Source of the DNA: Fimbriosthenelais zetlandica
Lineage: Eukaryota
Assembly (NCBI GenBank): GCA_977030845.1
Contig: OZ365115.1
Location: forward strand, 2,046,001 to 2,110,000
Direction of reading: 5' to 3'
Length of the DNA stretch: 64,000 nt
How positions within the stretch are numbered: the first letter of the stretch is position 1; each line of letters starts with the position of its first letter. Made by a program: the position numbers and the translations under genes. Positions 26,301 to 38,590 of this stretch are shown here, piece by piece. The notes under the pieces were generated by a model that was not told where the DNA came from, did no database searches, and saw only the letters and a list, made by a program, of their open reading frames with translations.

Positions 26301-27783
26301 TCACTAATCCTTCTCCGTTATGCAAGTTTTATTTTAAATCAAATTAAAATCTGTTGTAACAATATACTTGGGAGATATATCGTATGCTCTGTCATGAAAT
26401 TGCTTATGTAATTTCAAGTGGTTTTCTTAATCAATCATTGATTTGATCTGTCTAAATCATTTTATGTTGGTTAGCTTATTTCCATTCTGCTGAAAAAGAC
26501 CAATAGGGCCTACCTGAAACATATCTCTGATGGGAATCTTAAGACATGAAGACCACTTGACATTACAAGCTTTGTGCATAGCTACAGACGGGGAAGAGGT
26601 CAGAGATGGCAGTTATGTAACAGTATCACTTAAAATTAAAGTTAAAAACACTTACATCTTTCTTGAGTCCTTCGAGTACTAGTGATTTAAGCTGGGTGAG
26701 GGAGCTGTTGATTCGGGCTCTCCTCCTCCGCTCTATCAAGTGTTTGTTAGCCTGCAAGGTAACAACCACCATTAACAAACAAATACAAACATTTATCATG
26801 GCTTTAATATGTAAAATGTACACAATAGACAATCAATAATAAATATAATACACGGGCAATATATGACACTCATATGTCCCCAAAGTACAGTATCCTTCTG
26901 TTTTACCTTTGTATTCGGTGTATGTCTCAGAAGAAGTAAAAACAGTACAAGTAGGCCTATATGTGACCATATAATGTAGGCAATGAAACAACACCCTAAT
27001 CAATTTAATTGATATATGTATCAAATAACCTCTAATATCACCCAGGTGTGCCATTCCCAAATGTTATTTCAATACTCTACCCTATATGAGACACCAACAG
27101 GTTGACAAGTATCACATTACAAAATAGGAGGTGAGGGGGAAAGCTATATTTGTATTTATAATAGATTTCACTGAATCTGTTCATCCAGCTGTGACAGTGT
27201 GTAGGGATAGTATGACAGTGATTTGCCCGTACATTGCTGTCACGCTCTAGCTGTCACAAGGCTGTCACAGACAGTGACAGTACAAATCTTGCTCATTTTA
27301 TGACCTCGACCTGTTACTCAGTACCCGCATATCCCAAAGGCACTTCATTTTCTCTGTCACTCTAGTTCCTTGATTTTCTATACTGGCAGCTCAGTCAAGA
27401 AAGCTAGACCAGTTCCCTTGATTTATTGTCAAGATCACAATGTCATAATGCCACTACGAAGGACCATAATGTATATCAGACCTGTAATCAAACTCTTTAT
27501 ATTTTTATTATTTTATATTGATGTCTTGTAATATTTTAAACTGATATTTTAAGTTAGTTTAACTTAATAATGTAACATAACACTCCGTTCATATCGGTGA
27601 TGTCTTTTAGCACATCAATGATATAGATAGTGTCACAAATATTAGGCCAAGTTCCTATCTTGAAATTACACCTTCTCAAATAAAATCAAAACAAAATCTC
27701 ACCCTTCTTTTGCTGACTCCACGGGGGCTGCCCTCGGTCACGTGATCGTCCATTTGGTCGTCCATGTCGACCTCCAGCTTCAT
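20306..27783 (-). CDS. HES: Hairy/Enhancer-of-split (HES) family bHLH-Orange repressor. Exons 27783-27703, 26751-26656, 23816-23729, 20856-20306; 271 aa
   Basis: Exon 1 MKLEVDMDDQMDDHVTEGSPRGVSKRR|gtgag. Exon 2 (96 nt) ANKHLIERRRRARINSSLTQLKSLVLEGLKKD|gtaag. Exon 3 (88 nt) PACYNRLEKADILEMTVNHLKTLKSQQND|gtaag. Exon 4 has the Orange domain RYQAGFTECASEIAHFLNNIPKIEDTVKTNILSHMNDCL and ends WRPW-TGA. All junctions are GT-AG and in frame; the 96/88-nt exon pattern matches HES1-type genes. Confidence 0.96.
22016..22239. mobile_element. Possible piggyBac-like MITE in HES intron 3
   Basis: TTAA-CCCTTT...AAAGGG-TTAA; a similar end (GAGAAAGAAAGGGTTAA) occurs near 55831-55847. Confidence 0.35.
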
Positions 27784-28552
27784 GCTCCACACACACACTG
27801 CTCCAGTAGGGTACAATAGTCTATGGCAAACACACACTCCTCCAATAGGTCACTATAGTCTATGGCAAGTTGTCTAGTCGTTTCTTTCTCAGTAATATTA
27901 GGTTAAAAACCTATTCTTCCAGTAAAAGTTTCAATTGAAAGTTTCCTGGGTGTACTAAAAGAAGATTTTGCTCAGGATAAACATGAATCAGGCGACTGGC
28001 AGTTGTTATCAACAACGAGACATATCCAACGTAAGAGATGAAAGTAAACTCCTTGAACTTTCCCCAAAAGCTTTTACAAAAAGTGACACTTTGTAAACGA
28101 TATTTGTTCCGTCCTCAGCGAATATAAAATAAATCCAGAAATAAATCAAAAGGTATAGCAGTAAAATGTCATGACTTGGTAGAAGGCGATACGCTCTGCA
28201 TATTGGTATTGCATGTCCCTATGAGCAATCCTCCATATGTCTGTTGTCATCGATGCAAAGCAACTCAATTGTCAAGTCCCTGTATGCACTTGTTGCAATC
28301 CAAAATCCTGTTAAAAAATAACAGTCCGATGTCAGTGGAGAAATCCTTCAGAAGTTATATGAAATTTTGTGTAAAAGTTGTTTTTCCAAGTTGATGTTTT
28401 TGCTCCAAGTTGATGTTTGATAGAATGTGTAGGTAGGTAAATCTCTCTTAAAGGTTCCCTCAGTGAAGGGTTAGATATAGGAAGGGTGAGCAGTGACTAC
28501 CCTGGTGAAGGGTGGAGGGGTAAGTAAGACCAAGATGTGGGTCTACCTGTCC

Positions 28553-29230
28553 ATATATATGTAGCACACCTGTGATCGCGTGCACTTTGAACCCTGTCCT
28601 CCGCCCCCCTCCCCACCCACCCCCCCCCCAAACTTCAAATCCCTACATACCAGCACATCTTAATGTCAAGCTTGAGATTTCTCCCCTTCCCCTGCCCCCT
28701 CCCCCTTCCCCATCATCCCCTAACCTCCAATCACGTTTCTGACTGGCCCAATCAGACAGCCAGCGCACCGACCAATCAGAAAGCAGTAATGCCATTGCTG
28801 CGGGCTGATGCACTGACTGAGCATGCGCAGTGAAGCGTGTCTCATTCTTACCTCCTATCCCTACCTACCGCTGGGGTATTGTCAAAGATATAATCGCCCT
28901 AGACTTATTTTCGCGCTGTGAAAACTTTAATGATATTAAAATCAAATTTGATATGGGAAAACCAACGATTTCGAAATATATCATGAGAAGTTTCTGAGAG
29001 GAAAATTCTCTATGGTTTGTAACGGTTTGGGAACTTTTTTTCTGTAAGAAATCTTTGGAAATACAAATGAAAATTAAAATGATTAAATATTGTTAGATTT
29101 CTCGGTCGCCCACGTGCGCGAGCTGTCCATGATTGTCGATGACAGGACGCCGGAAGGTAGGCTATCAACTTTCTGCGCATGCGTGGAAGTGAAAGACAGA
29201 ATTCCTCGTGTAAATAGGCGGATGTAATCA
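28553..29230 (-). promoter_or_regulatory. Candidate HES proximal promoter
   Basis: TATATAT at 28553-28560, E-box CACCTG 28567-72, class-C site CACGCG (on -) 28577-82, GC boxes, three CCAAT (28727, 28748, 28772), NRF1-like GCATGCGCA 28821 and TGCGCATGCG 29174, N-box CACGAG (on -) 29205-10. CpG-enriched, about 0.8-1.4 kb upstream of the ATG. Confidence 0.55.
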
Positions 29231-29679
29231 GAGAGAACGTCTCTCTATAGACGAACAACCCAAAATATCTCACTTTCCTCAAACTTTAGTCTTTCCAATA
29301 TCAAGAGAATGCTTCACGAAGATAATCGTAAGCTTTTTTAAGGATATATTTTGGCCAGTTTTATCGACATTGGAAAATAAAACTTCCTTCATATAGTATA
29401 TTTTTGATATACAGAAGCTTTTCAAAAGTTGTGTAAAAAAGCCCTTCTCTTACTCTATTTAGTATAATTAATGTAGTCTACAAAAGCCCCAGGATATCTT
29501 AAATATCTTCATTTCAAAGAAGGTCATATTGATATTAGTATTATTGTGAAAATCTGGGAATCAAATTAAAACAATTTTGATTTAAAAAAACATGCAATGA
29601 CCCTAAAAGCATAGATGACAAATGAGCCTGAAAACGTTTAGACCAGTCCTAGTTTTGAGGTGGATATCTATAGGTGAAA

Positions 29680-30155
29680 GGGTGGCCGAGGTGGTCGGCC
29701 GTTGGACAGAATCTTGAGAAATAAATTAAATCCGCGGTAAAGAAGCCAGTTAAGTCTGGGGGAGACTAGATGGGGTCGACATCCGAGATGTAAACCCTCC
29801 TCAACTGGTCACTTTCTCATTACTGAAGGGAATTATGTTTGACTGTCTTAACTTAAAATGTAACCCTGGACAATCGGGTCATATTATCTAGAAGGAAATG
29901 TGGTAAATTAAAGTAAGGAACTTTGTTAATAGAAGGAAGTATATGAAACATGAAACTATCTTTACAGGCTTCGCCAAACAGGGCTCTGGCACTGTCTGAA
30001 ATTGCGGAATGAAACTTTTGAACATCAATCAATGTAGCAATGCACATAGAAAGAGCCCCCAGCTGAAAATCATACGAAAACTTGAGTAATCAAGAGTGAG
30101 AGCTGGTATTCACCCATAACAGGCTCTATAAAAATGCTAACTAAAAATAAAAAAA
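29680..30155 (+). mobile_element. Second, degraded or interrupted copy of the same SINE family
   Basis: A-box-like TGGCCGAGGTGG at 29683-94. The 3' part CAATGTAG..GCACATAGAAAGAG..CTGGTATTCACCCATAACAGGCTCTATAAAAA is nearly identical to 54725-54830. A-rich end. Confidence 0.6.
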
Positions 30156-30533
30156 TGTGTGTATCATAACTAGTCTTTTAAATTCATACCTAAATTGTTC
30201 AGATCAACGAGTATAGAAAGAATGATTACTCTATACTTGTATAGATAGACGCTGTCCCTATCTCAGGCACAGTGACTCCACCTGGTGGATCTGGAAGGAA
30301 CTAGGAACGAGGTATGTACGAGGTAATACAGATCTGTGACGAGAGTTAAGATTATCTGTCAGCCATAGCCTAAGGCTAGATTTGCACTGTTAATTCATAT
30401 TCTAAGTCGGGCATAACGGGCTGGGAAGACCTGGGATTGAAGTCTAGAGCTTTGACCAATAACAGTGCTGCCAAAAAGAAGAGCAATAGGCTACAGCAGT
30501 AGATTAATGCCCAAACAATCTGAAGATGTTTAA

Positions 30534-30744
30534 AGCCAGGAATACACTAATCCGATTCTCCAATCCGTCGCCATCCAATACCCTATTTCTAATGACATCT
30601 AAAGATTGAAATTTTGTTAGTGGTTAGCTTTACCTAGGTGTAAAGGTCTGTTCAAATAGCAAGCATTTGGTGCGAATAGAAATATATTTTAGGACAGCTA
30701 TCGGATGGCTCCGGATAGAGAAACGGATTAGTGTATTCCTGGCT
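30534..30744. mobile_element. MITE, PIF/Harbinger-like (family also at 58234-58432)
   Basis: Perfect 21-bp TIR AGCCAGGAATACACTAATCCG / CGGATTAGTGTATTCCTGGCT with an exact TAA target-site duplication (30531-33, 30745-47). Confidence 0.85.
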
Positions 30745-33700
30745 TAATGGAAGTACCTTGATAGAACCACTTAAAGGTGCACCGGATTTTTTTCAGCTTT
30801 TTTCCCAGTTCATTGTTAATTTAATTGTGCCCTAAAGTTCAAGTACGGCAGGTATAGGCGAATATAATATGTCTTACATTAAAATATAAGCGAATGAATA
30901 CCAAGTATTAAAAATACAGGTCCACTCCGAAAATTAGCCATATTTTGAATCGATAATGAATGGCATTTTTTTTTGCTAAAAGAGGGAGGCAGACATCTTT
31001 GAAGTCTTTTCATTGTGGCACACATTCTTTTGCTCATTTACTGCATTTTGCTGATGGGCAAATGATTAAAGGGTCCAAGTCAGTGGTGAGTACAATACCA
31101 CCGTTAGTTCCCTGCCTGCCCACCCCCCACCTCCCAGACGGCCTGAGTGACAGCTCCACATATTGTGTACGTATCTATACCTCTAATGGGATAAGGTACG
31201 GTCAAAGCGGCCGGTCACTCACTCACAGAAAAACTTTTGAGATGTTTAAAAAGTTTTCTGAAATACGCCCATTAGGCTTCATCTGATGCTGCTAAAATAT
31301 GAAGTAAAATAATTATAGTAATTATGGTAAAAGCAAGTGGGGAATGAAGAAATTTCATATTGAATCCAGAAATAAAATTATCGCTTGAACTTACTAAGAT
31401 TATCATTGCAAAAACTAGAAAGAAATTGTGAAAATAAGAAGATATAGCCTTACTTGAGTCCACAAAAAATATTACAAATTTAAGCTCAATTCTATCAAGA
31501 AAATATAGTATATAGCCTATTACACATGTTCAATATTCAATATTCAATATTGATCAATCTTACACTGACCCATTAAATAATTACTCGTAGATTCCCTGAC
31601 CCACACAATTTTGATATTCTACCAAATTCTTAATTCTTCTCATCATTAATAATGAAGGGATTTTGATGATTTTGGAGAGCAAAACGAGTTTTTAAATTAT
31701 TTCAAAAGAAATCTATTAAAACCTTAATAATGAAGCAGAACGTCCATCAATACCTCAAAATGAGAATTACAGGTAATAAAGGACTTTGAAGTAATTTAAC
31801 ATTTTAGACATTCTCCGACAAGTACTTGTAATTATGACACATTTCGAGGCCTTTAATTTTCCCATGGTTTGCCAAAACATAAACCTGTAGCTTGACCACT
31901 TCACCCACCCTCCCTCTATACCATGGTATATACCTTTAATATATATACTTAGACCCCCTAGCCCACCCCCTGACTTTGACCAACCGCTCCCAGCCATTGT
32001 TACTATTGCCATTGTTCCTCACCGCCCTCCAACCCCGCGGGACACGCCAAAAGAGGGAATTCACCAGGGAGGAAACGGCACTTCAAAGTTGCGAGCAAAA
32101 TACGGAAGGTACATAAACAGGGAAAATTAAATCCCTCGGGCCCTGAAGGGTTGGTTAATGAATAGATATGAAACGATGTGTAATTTGGCAAACAAAGGGG
32201 TTCGGTTGGGGTTCCCAGTACCTGCTCGACCACTTGGGACAAGTTGAGTGGGGAAGAGGTGTGGTGGGGCTTTGAAAAAGGACGGGATGAAAATGTGGGA
32301 AATGGTCACTAAGGGGGTGTGACAGTGAGAGGAAGAGAGGGGCCCCCGGGGGTAAAGTCCCCCTAGAGTCAGTGCTAAAAATCTACCCGGCCTTGACCAG
32401 TCCCACCCTCAATTGGTGAGCGTCCATTTGCTTTAGTGATCAGCCACCCAGGTGTGCAAAAAGTGAACAAAAGCTGCAACTGACCAGAAAATGCTTCCAC
32501 TGAGTTAAATATGGTTCTATGTGTTCTCCTGGAAAACATGCATGGGAATAAATGTCTGCAAGGGAGCTGGTATACAAGATTCTTATATTCTGATATACGA
32601 TACGACCTGCATTAGGTTAGTCTGCAGACGGCGGAATCAAAGATTCTGCCTCTTTTGCTTCTTTGTCGGGAATTCCGATTGGTGACCACAGCAACAATGA
32701 GTGGAGAAGGGGATTAAAAAGTTGAAGTACAATGGGCATTTTTGATGTAGAATATAGAGTGAAGAGAGTGTCATATTTGACATAAACTGGACCACGCCTT
32801 GGGATACAGGCTCTGTCCAGTAAATGCCCTTCAAACCTTTCACAAGTAGCCAACTCGCTTTGAGGTACATTTTTGATATACTCAGATATGGTAACGGCCA
32901 TTCTACTCTAGGCTGACTTTTAAAATTTAAATTCAGCTGATACCTTATAGTAATGCCATGAAAATATTTTGTGCTTTGTGAATTATACTATTCCAAATAT
33001 ATATGTCTAAACTAATATAAATATATCTTGATTTACAAAACTGAAATCAATATGATAAAACATTCTCATATCCTAATAACTTAAACTGATTTAAATCAGA
33101 TGAGAATAGTTTTACATGTATTCCATTTCTCTTTTACAAAGCAACTTGATGATAGCATGAGTCTGCATCAACTTGCTGTCTATTGCTTTGTGCCAAAATT
33201 AATATAGGTTTAAATATAGACTTAAAGAAAATCTAGGCGTTATATTATGTCCTTAACAGCTTTGTGTTTATATATAAGACACTGCTGTAATAGTAATGTG
33301 GTATTGTTCATAATGATACATTCATACAATGACATGATTACATCGTGAATAAAATGCTAAGCTCAAAATGCCATAAGCTTTCTGCACTGTCCACAAACAA
33401 TGAACTGTATGATTATGAATTAATGTTTTGATTTCATTGATTCAGACAACGCCTGCCATATCCTGACAAACAAGGGAAAGGTAACAACTTAAACAAGTGT
33501 TCAATTCACTTCCAACCAATCCCTGATTTAAATTTTATCTTGATGACAATAAAATAAATGACAATAATTGCTCCGTCCATTATGAATTAAGGACCCATTA
33601 TCACATACCTTTTTTAGCGTCAAGAATACTTATTCTTAAGAATTTTTTTATCTGGAACTGGGCCAGCAAATACAAATTTAATACCTAAAATAATTAAACT

Positions 33701-36700
33701 TTAAACCCTTTGTCGTTTCCTTTATAAATCGATCTCAGTGAACATTATGAAAACAGAAAAGATAAAAAATCTTTTAAGATTTGCTCGGCGGGGGAACATC
33801 TAAGAAGAGTGCACGTGTGAAAGGGCACGAGTATCAGAAGGCACGATTTACGTGGAACTCCCCGCTCCTATAATGACACACGAGACGCGCGATGACGTCA
33901 TCAAACACTGCGTCCTGATTGGCTATTATCCACCGCCCCCTACAGGGTGTTAGGTGAGCTAGGTTCAGAGAGACAACAAGTGGTTCTAACTTAGCAGTCT
34001 TCAGTTTCGTTTCACTCTCTTTGAATGCGCCATTTTCATGCAAATTGGACGTTTAAAATGAGGAAAACACCCCATCAATCTTGGGGACATTCGCTCTTTA
34101 ATTAGAACTCCGGCTACATTCTAAGCTTTTAGAATATTGATCACTAGTATAGGTTCGTTATTATAATTAAAGGTTTACTAATCATTTAAGGTTCAAAATA
34201 TAAGACGTCCTCGTTAGTTACGCCGTTTAATAAAGAAACCTGTAGCAATAATTGTATTGAATATTTGTAAAGCAACGAAGTCACAACAATTAGAAAAGAT
34301 AATTACTTACATAATGAGGCCTAAACGTTTTATATTTTTTCATGATCATTTATAAATAATTAAACAGTAAGACAACCCAATAAGGTAATAAGGCCGTTGG
34401 TAATACAATTCAAGTGAATTTTCATCCCAGATTAAAACATTATATATTCAAACACCCATTGAAATACAACCCCAATAGAAAGTATTCACTTCAACGTATT
34501 CGAATCATAATTTCTGGAAGGGACCATTTCGGAATATCCCTTTCAAATCACACGGAGTAGAAGTACCACTTATGCGCGTATATAACCATATATAAGCATC
34601 TACACCAGGCTATTATTAGGCCTTCTATGGGGCGGTCACTTTTAAGTCTTTGATTTCACATTTTACACCGATCACTTCCACTCAAGTATAGACCAAGATG
34701 ACGTCATAACTCTCACCATGACAACGGATATACCCGCTACACCCCCCCCCTACCTGTCTCTCACGGTCACGTGATAACCATCGATAAAGGGCTGAAGGTA
34801 ATTACTAATTAATGCTACCTCTGACTATCAGGTACATATTATCCAATACTCGAGTTGAAATTCAAAACTGGCGCCCAAATTAGGTTGCAATGTGGTTACC
34901 TTCCCATGGATTCCCATCCCGGATAATTATGGCAACTACTACTATAGTCTGTAGTAGCCGAGTTACCAAGATTTCGAGAGTTCAGTAGCGTCCAAAATAA
35001 TATCTGGGAATAGTTTTAATAAAATGGTGCATCTTGGGTACATATTTATTTCCAAGAAGGAAATGTCAGGAAAGCAACCTCAGAGGAAGTTTTTCTGACT
35101 AAACTAACTTAATTTTCTGAAAAACTGGGGCTATAGGTCTACCCACAGACTCCGGTATAACAAGAGTCAGATATTGTTCATACTTCATCCACAATATATC
35201 CACTGCATGCCACATTCAAGTCTGCATGTTATCAGATAGTAGAAATCAAGGAAGAGAAATGTGTTCCGTCTAAACATAGAGATAATTATACTCCCCTGGT
35301 GAACAGGTTCAAAAGCAGGAAACCAAACACCGGATTTCCAGGTTTCTGTGACAATGCTTTGCCACCTGCAAATAAAAACGATGTGTGACCATTGTCTTGG
35401 GTTGATTGCACACACATAGTAAGCCTCCAAGCCTCGGGGCTAAATCCCCACGTGCATGCCCTGAAAATAGCCCATCTTTTGATCTCTCCCCTCACCCCAA
35501 ACCCCGGCTTCCTTCTTAACAACAGTCGTGGCCTGAATGCAACCATAGACCTATAGAAGGCACATCCCTTGTCCCGAATTACTCCCACAATGCCACTTGT
35601 TGCTGTTTTGTGACAATGACGTCACCTACTTGAACTCTCGCGGCAAATCTCGCGGTTTGCGTGATGAAAGCCTCAGGCGGCCTCGCTTTCATATCCCGAT
35701 CCCCTTTTGTTTCCAAGGCAACCGGAGATGATGTAAAGGACAAAAAGAGGTCAGCATGACGTGTCATTACGTCATAAACGCCGTGTTATGACGACACACA
35801 TCAAGTCATTGTGTATGACGTGTGATGAGGGGGAGGATCCGGTGCTCATTAGGAGGATCTTTTTGTTGGGGTGTCAAGTTTTCAGGGGATTGGTGAGGAT
35901 ATTTCGGGGGTTAAAGGACGAGGATAGATTGAGGAGGAGAATGAATCGCGGTCTATAAAAGGTGATTAGGTCAGCTTAGAAAAGCTTTCCTGGCAAACAC
36001 TCATGAGCTCCCGAAAAAGATCTATTTTCAGGTCTTTAGACCACAATAGATGAGGAGAGGTTAGAGCTTACAAACGGGAACGTTTGTTTTTAATTAGTTT
36101 GCACCATAAAAGATTGAAAGTGCTTTTGAAGCCTAAGTTTGAAGATTTTAAGCTTTACCAGGGAAATAGAAACTTTCTTTAAATGTAACTACCAGACGAC
36201 AACGTTATTTCATGAAATTCTTTCCACACTAAACCTTAATTGGGAAGGGATAGGCTATATATGTGATTTTAGATCCATTTCATCATAGGCAAGGATAGGC
36301 TAGGTTACTAAACTGGACTTGACAGGCTCCTCTGGCCCATTATCCGTTTGGTCACCAGCCGGCATTAGTCAGTCATGTAACACAGAGACAGTGTCGCCCT
36401 CTAGTGAACCATTCTGTCACTAACCAATGGAGTCCTTGGATGAGACATACAGTGGCGCCACCTACTTTAGGCTGCTATTAGGGAAATTGCCAAAGGCAGG
36501 GCCTATCTCAGATAACAGAGATCTGTTTCTAATCCATTTAGACAGTTGTTATGTTGAGATGGTAAGGGGATTAAGTTTGTAAATTGGGAAAGGAAATGGA
36601 TTATTATATATGATTTAATGGACTATTACAATTTATTAGAACATACTAAACATTATGCTTTCTAAAAATATATAAATTATAAGTTTAGGCCGTCATTCAA

Positions 36701-37368
36701 ACGAGTAAAACAGACACATGTTCTATAAATAAAGCATGCCTCTCATTTTTCAAACGTGGGTTTTGAAAACAAACAGATCTGGGTCATGTTGATATTGGGG
36801 TCATGTTGGGGTCATGTTGGGGTCAAACGGAAACAACAGCAGTCAAGTGTCTGTCTTACATGATCTGCTCTTCATGATCTTTCACATGTGCAACATGTTT
36901 ACATGAAAGAAACCAGCGCAAAGATTAATACTTTAAGAACAGGTCACACTAGATGGATTTTCCATACGAATGTAATCCAAATGTTTATAATTCCAGAAAT
37001 AACAGATCTGATCTTTTCTGATATTTTTCACTTGAGAGCTTCCATCCTTAGTTTAACTACTCATACAATCCCAACCTGAGGCAGAGGAAGAAGTGAATAA
37101 TCGATTGACAGATCGAATGAAGAATCGACTGAGTGGAGTTGGGGCAGTGTATGCCACCAGATGGCCGGCCGGACGATCGATGTCTGAACAGACAGAAGAC
37201 ATGATTAGCATCTGTAGGCTGTAGTAAAGAGATGAGGTCAGGGGTCAAACCCACAATCAAACCCAGCCATCTGGCGATCAATGCTTACACTACTTTCTCC
37301 CACTATATAATACTAGGTTTGTATCCACTATATATGTGACTTGAAGCATCAAGAGCAGAACGATCTAA

Positions 37369-37478
37369 AGCCAGGCCTCCACTGCTGTATTTTATGAATT
37401 TATGAATTTTCTGCGACACAACCATCCCCTTTATCGCAGGAGTGTCGCAAGCAAAATCGCAGCAGTGGAATCCCGGCT
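37369..37478. mobile_element. Short Harbinger-like MITE (CCACTGCTG family)
   Basis: Ends AGCCAGGCCTCCACTGCTG / CAGCAGTGGAATCCCGGCT, TAA on both sides, internal GCGACA/TGTCGC repeats. Confidence 0.75.
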
Positions 37479-38169
37479 TAAGTCATAATTTTGGTGAATT
37501 TGTGATAAAAGCACCATCGATATACTTATTGTTCAACCTTTATTTGCCCCCTCAAGAAATTTTCCGGAGGCAGGCACATCCAATTATACATATAGAACAT
37601 ATACTGTAACTCGTAACAATCATTTCGGACAAAAATTGTTTTCAGAGATGGAAGTAACATGATCCCAATTAATTTGGGCTCAAATTGACATATATATATG
37701 TTTAAGGAAGTTTAAGGGCCATGAGAGTTCAGTGATGGTGCAGCTACAAGACTATCTCTTAGTTCTATAGAAGAACCAGGCAGGAAATAGCCTGCCTTTC
37801 CGGTTACCAAGGTTACTAGGGTCAACAAGAACCTGGGACTTCCGGTTACCTGGGACTTCCGGTTACCCTCTAGAGAGGATTCAGCAAATTATCGAAAGGA
37901 CAAAATGTGTAGGCTATTCATATACATATTCCTTATATTGTATTTATCATTTTTATTTATTTTCTGCGTCCCAAGTCACATTATATATTATTGAGTCTAA
38001 TTTCATTTTGGCCTAAGATGAAGACAGTGTATGTATACGGATGTGATCATTAGCATACATGTACACAGTAAGTAAAGCCTCCAGTCATACAACCCCCAGA
38101 GGTACCTCCTTGAACAGAAGCCAATCTATCTCACATGCAACATTAAATTATATGAGCCCTATGGTGGGA

Positions 38170-38196
38170 GTGAGAGAGGAGGGAGACGAGAGAGAG

Positions 38197-38236
<40 letters not shown>

Positions 38237-38454
38237 GGAGACGAGAGAGAAGAGAGGTAAACCGAGAAGAGAGAGAGAGGCAGAGAGGAGGGAGAGAGAG
38301 AAGAGAGGAGGGAGACGAGAGAGAGAGAGAGAGGTAAAGAGAGAAGAGAGTGAAAGAGAGAGAGAGAGAGGAAGGAGAGAGAGAAGAGAGGAGGGAGACG
38401 AGAGGGAGAGAGAGAGAGGTAAAGAGAGAAATGAGAGGCAAAGAGAGGCAGAAA

Positions 38455-38490
<36 letters not shown>

Positions 38491-38590
38491 AGGAAAAGAG
38501 AGAAAGGGAAAGAGAGAGGGAGAGAGAGGTAGAGAGAGAGATAAAGAACAAAAGAAGGAAAGTGAGAGGCCCGAGAGGGAGAGGCAGAGA
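38170..38590. repeat. Compound (GA)n / purine microsatellite
   Basis: GAGAGA runs with GAGGAGGGAGACGA subunits; the source of several spurious S/L and E/R ORFs. Confidence 0.95.
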
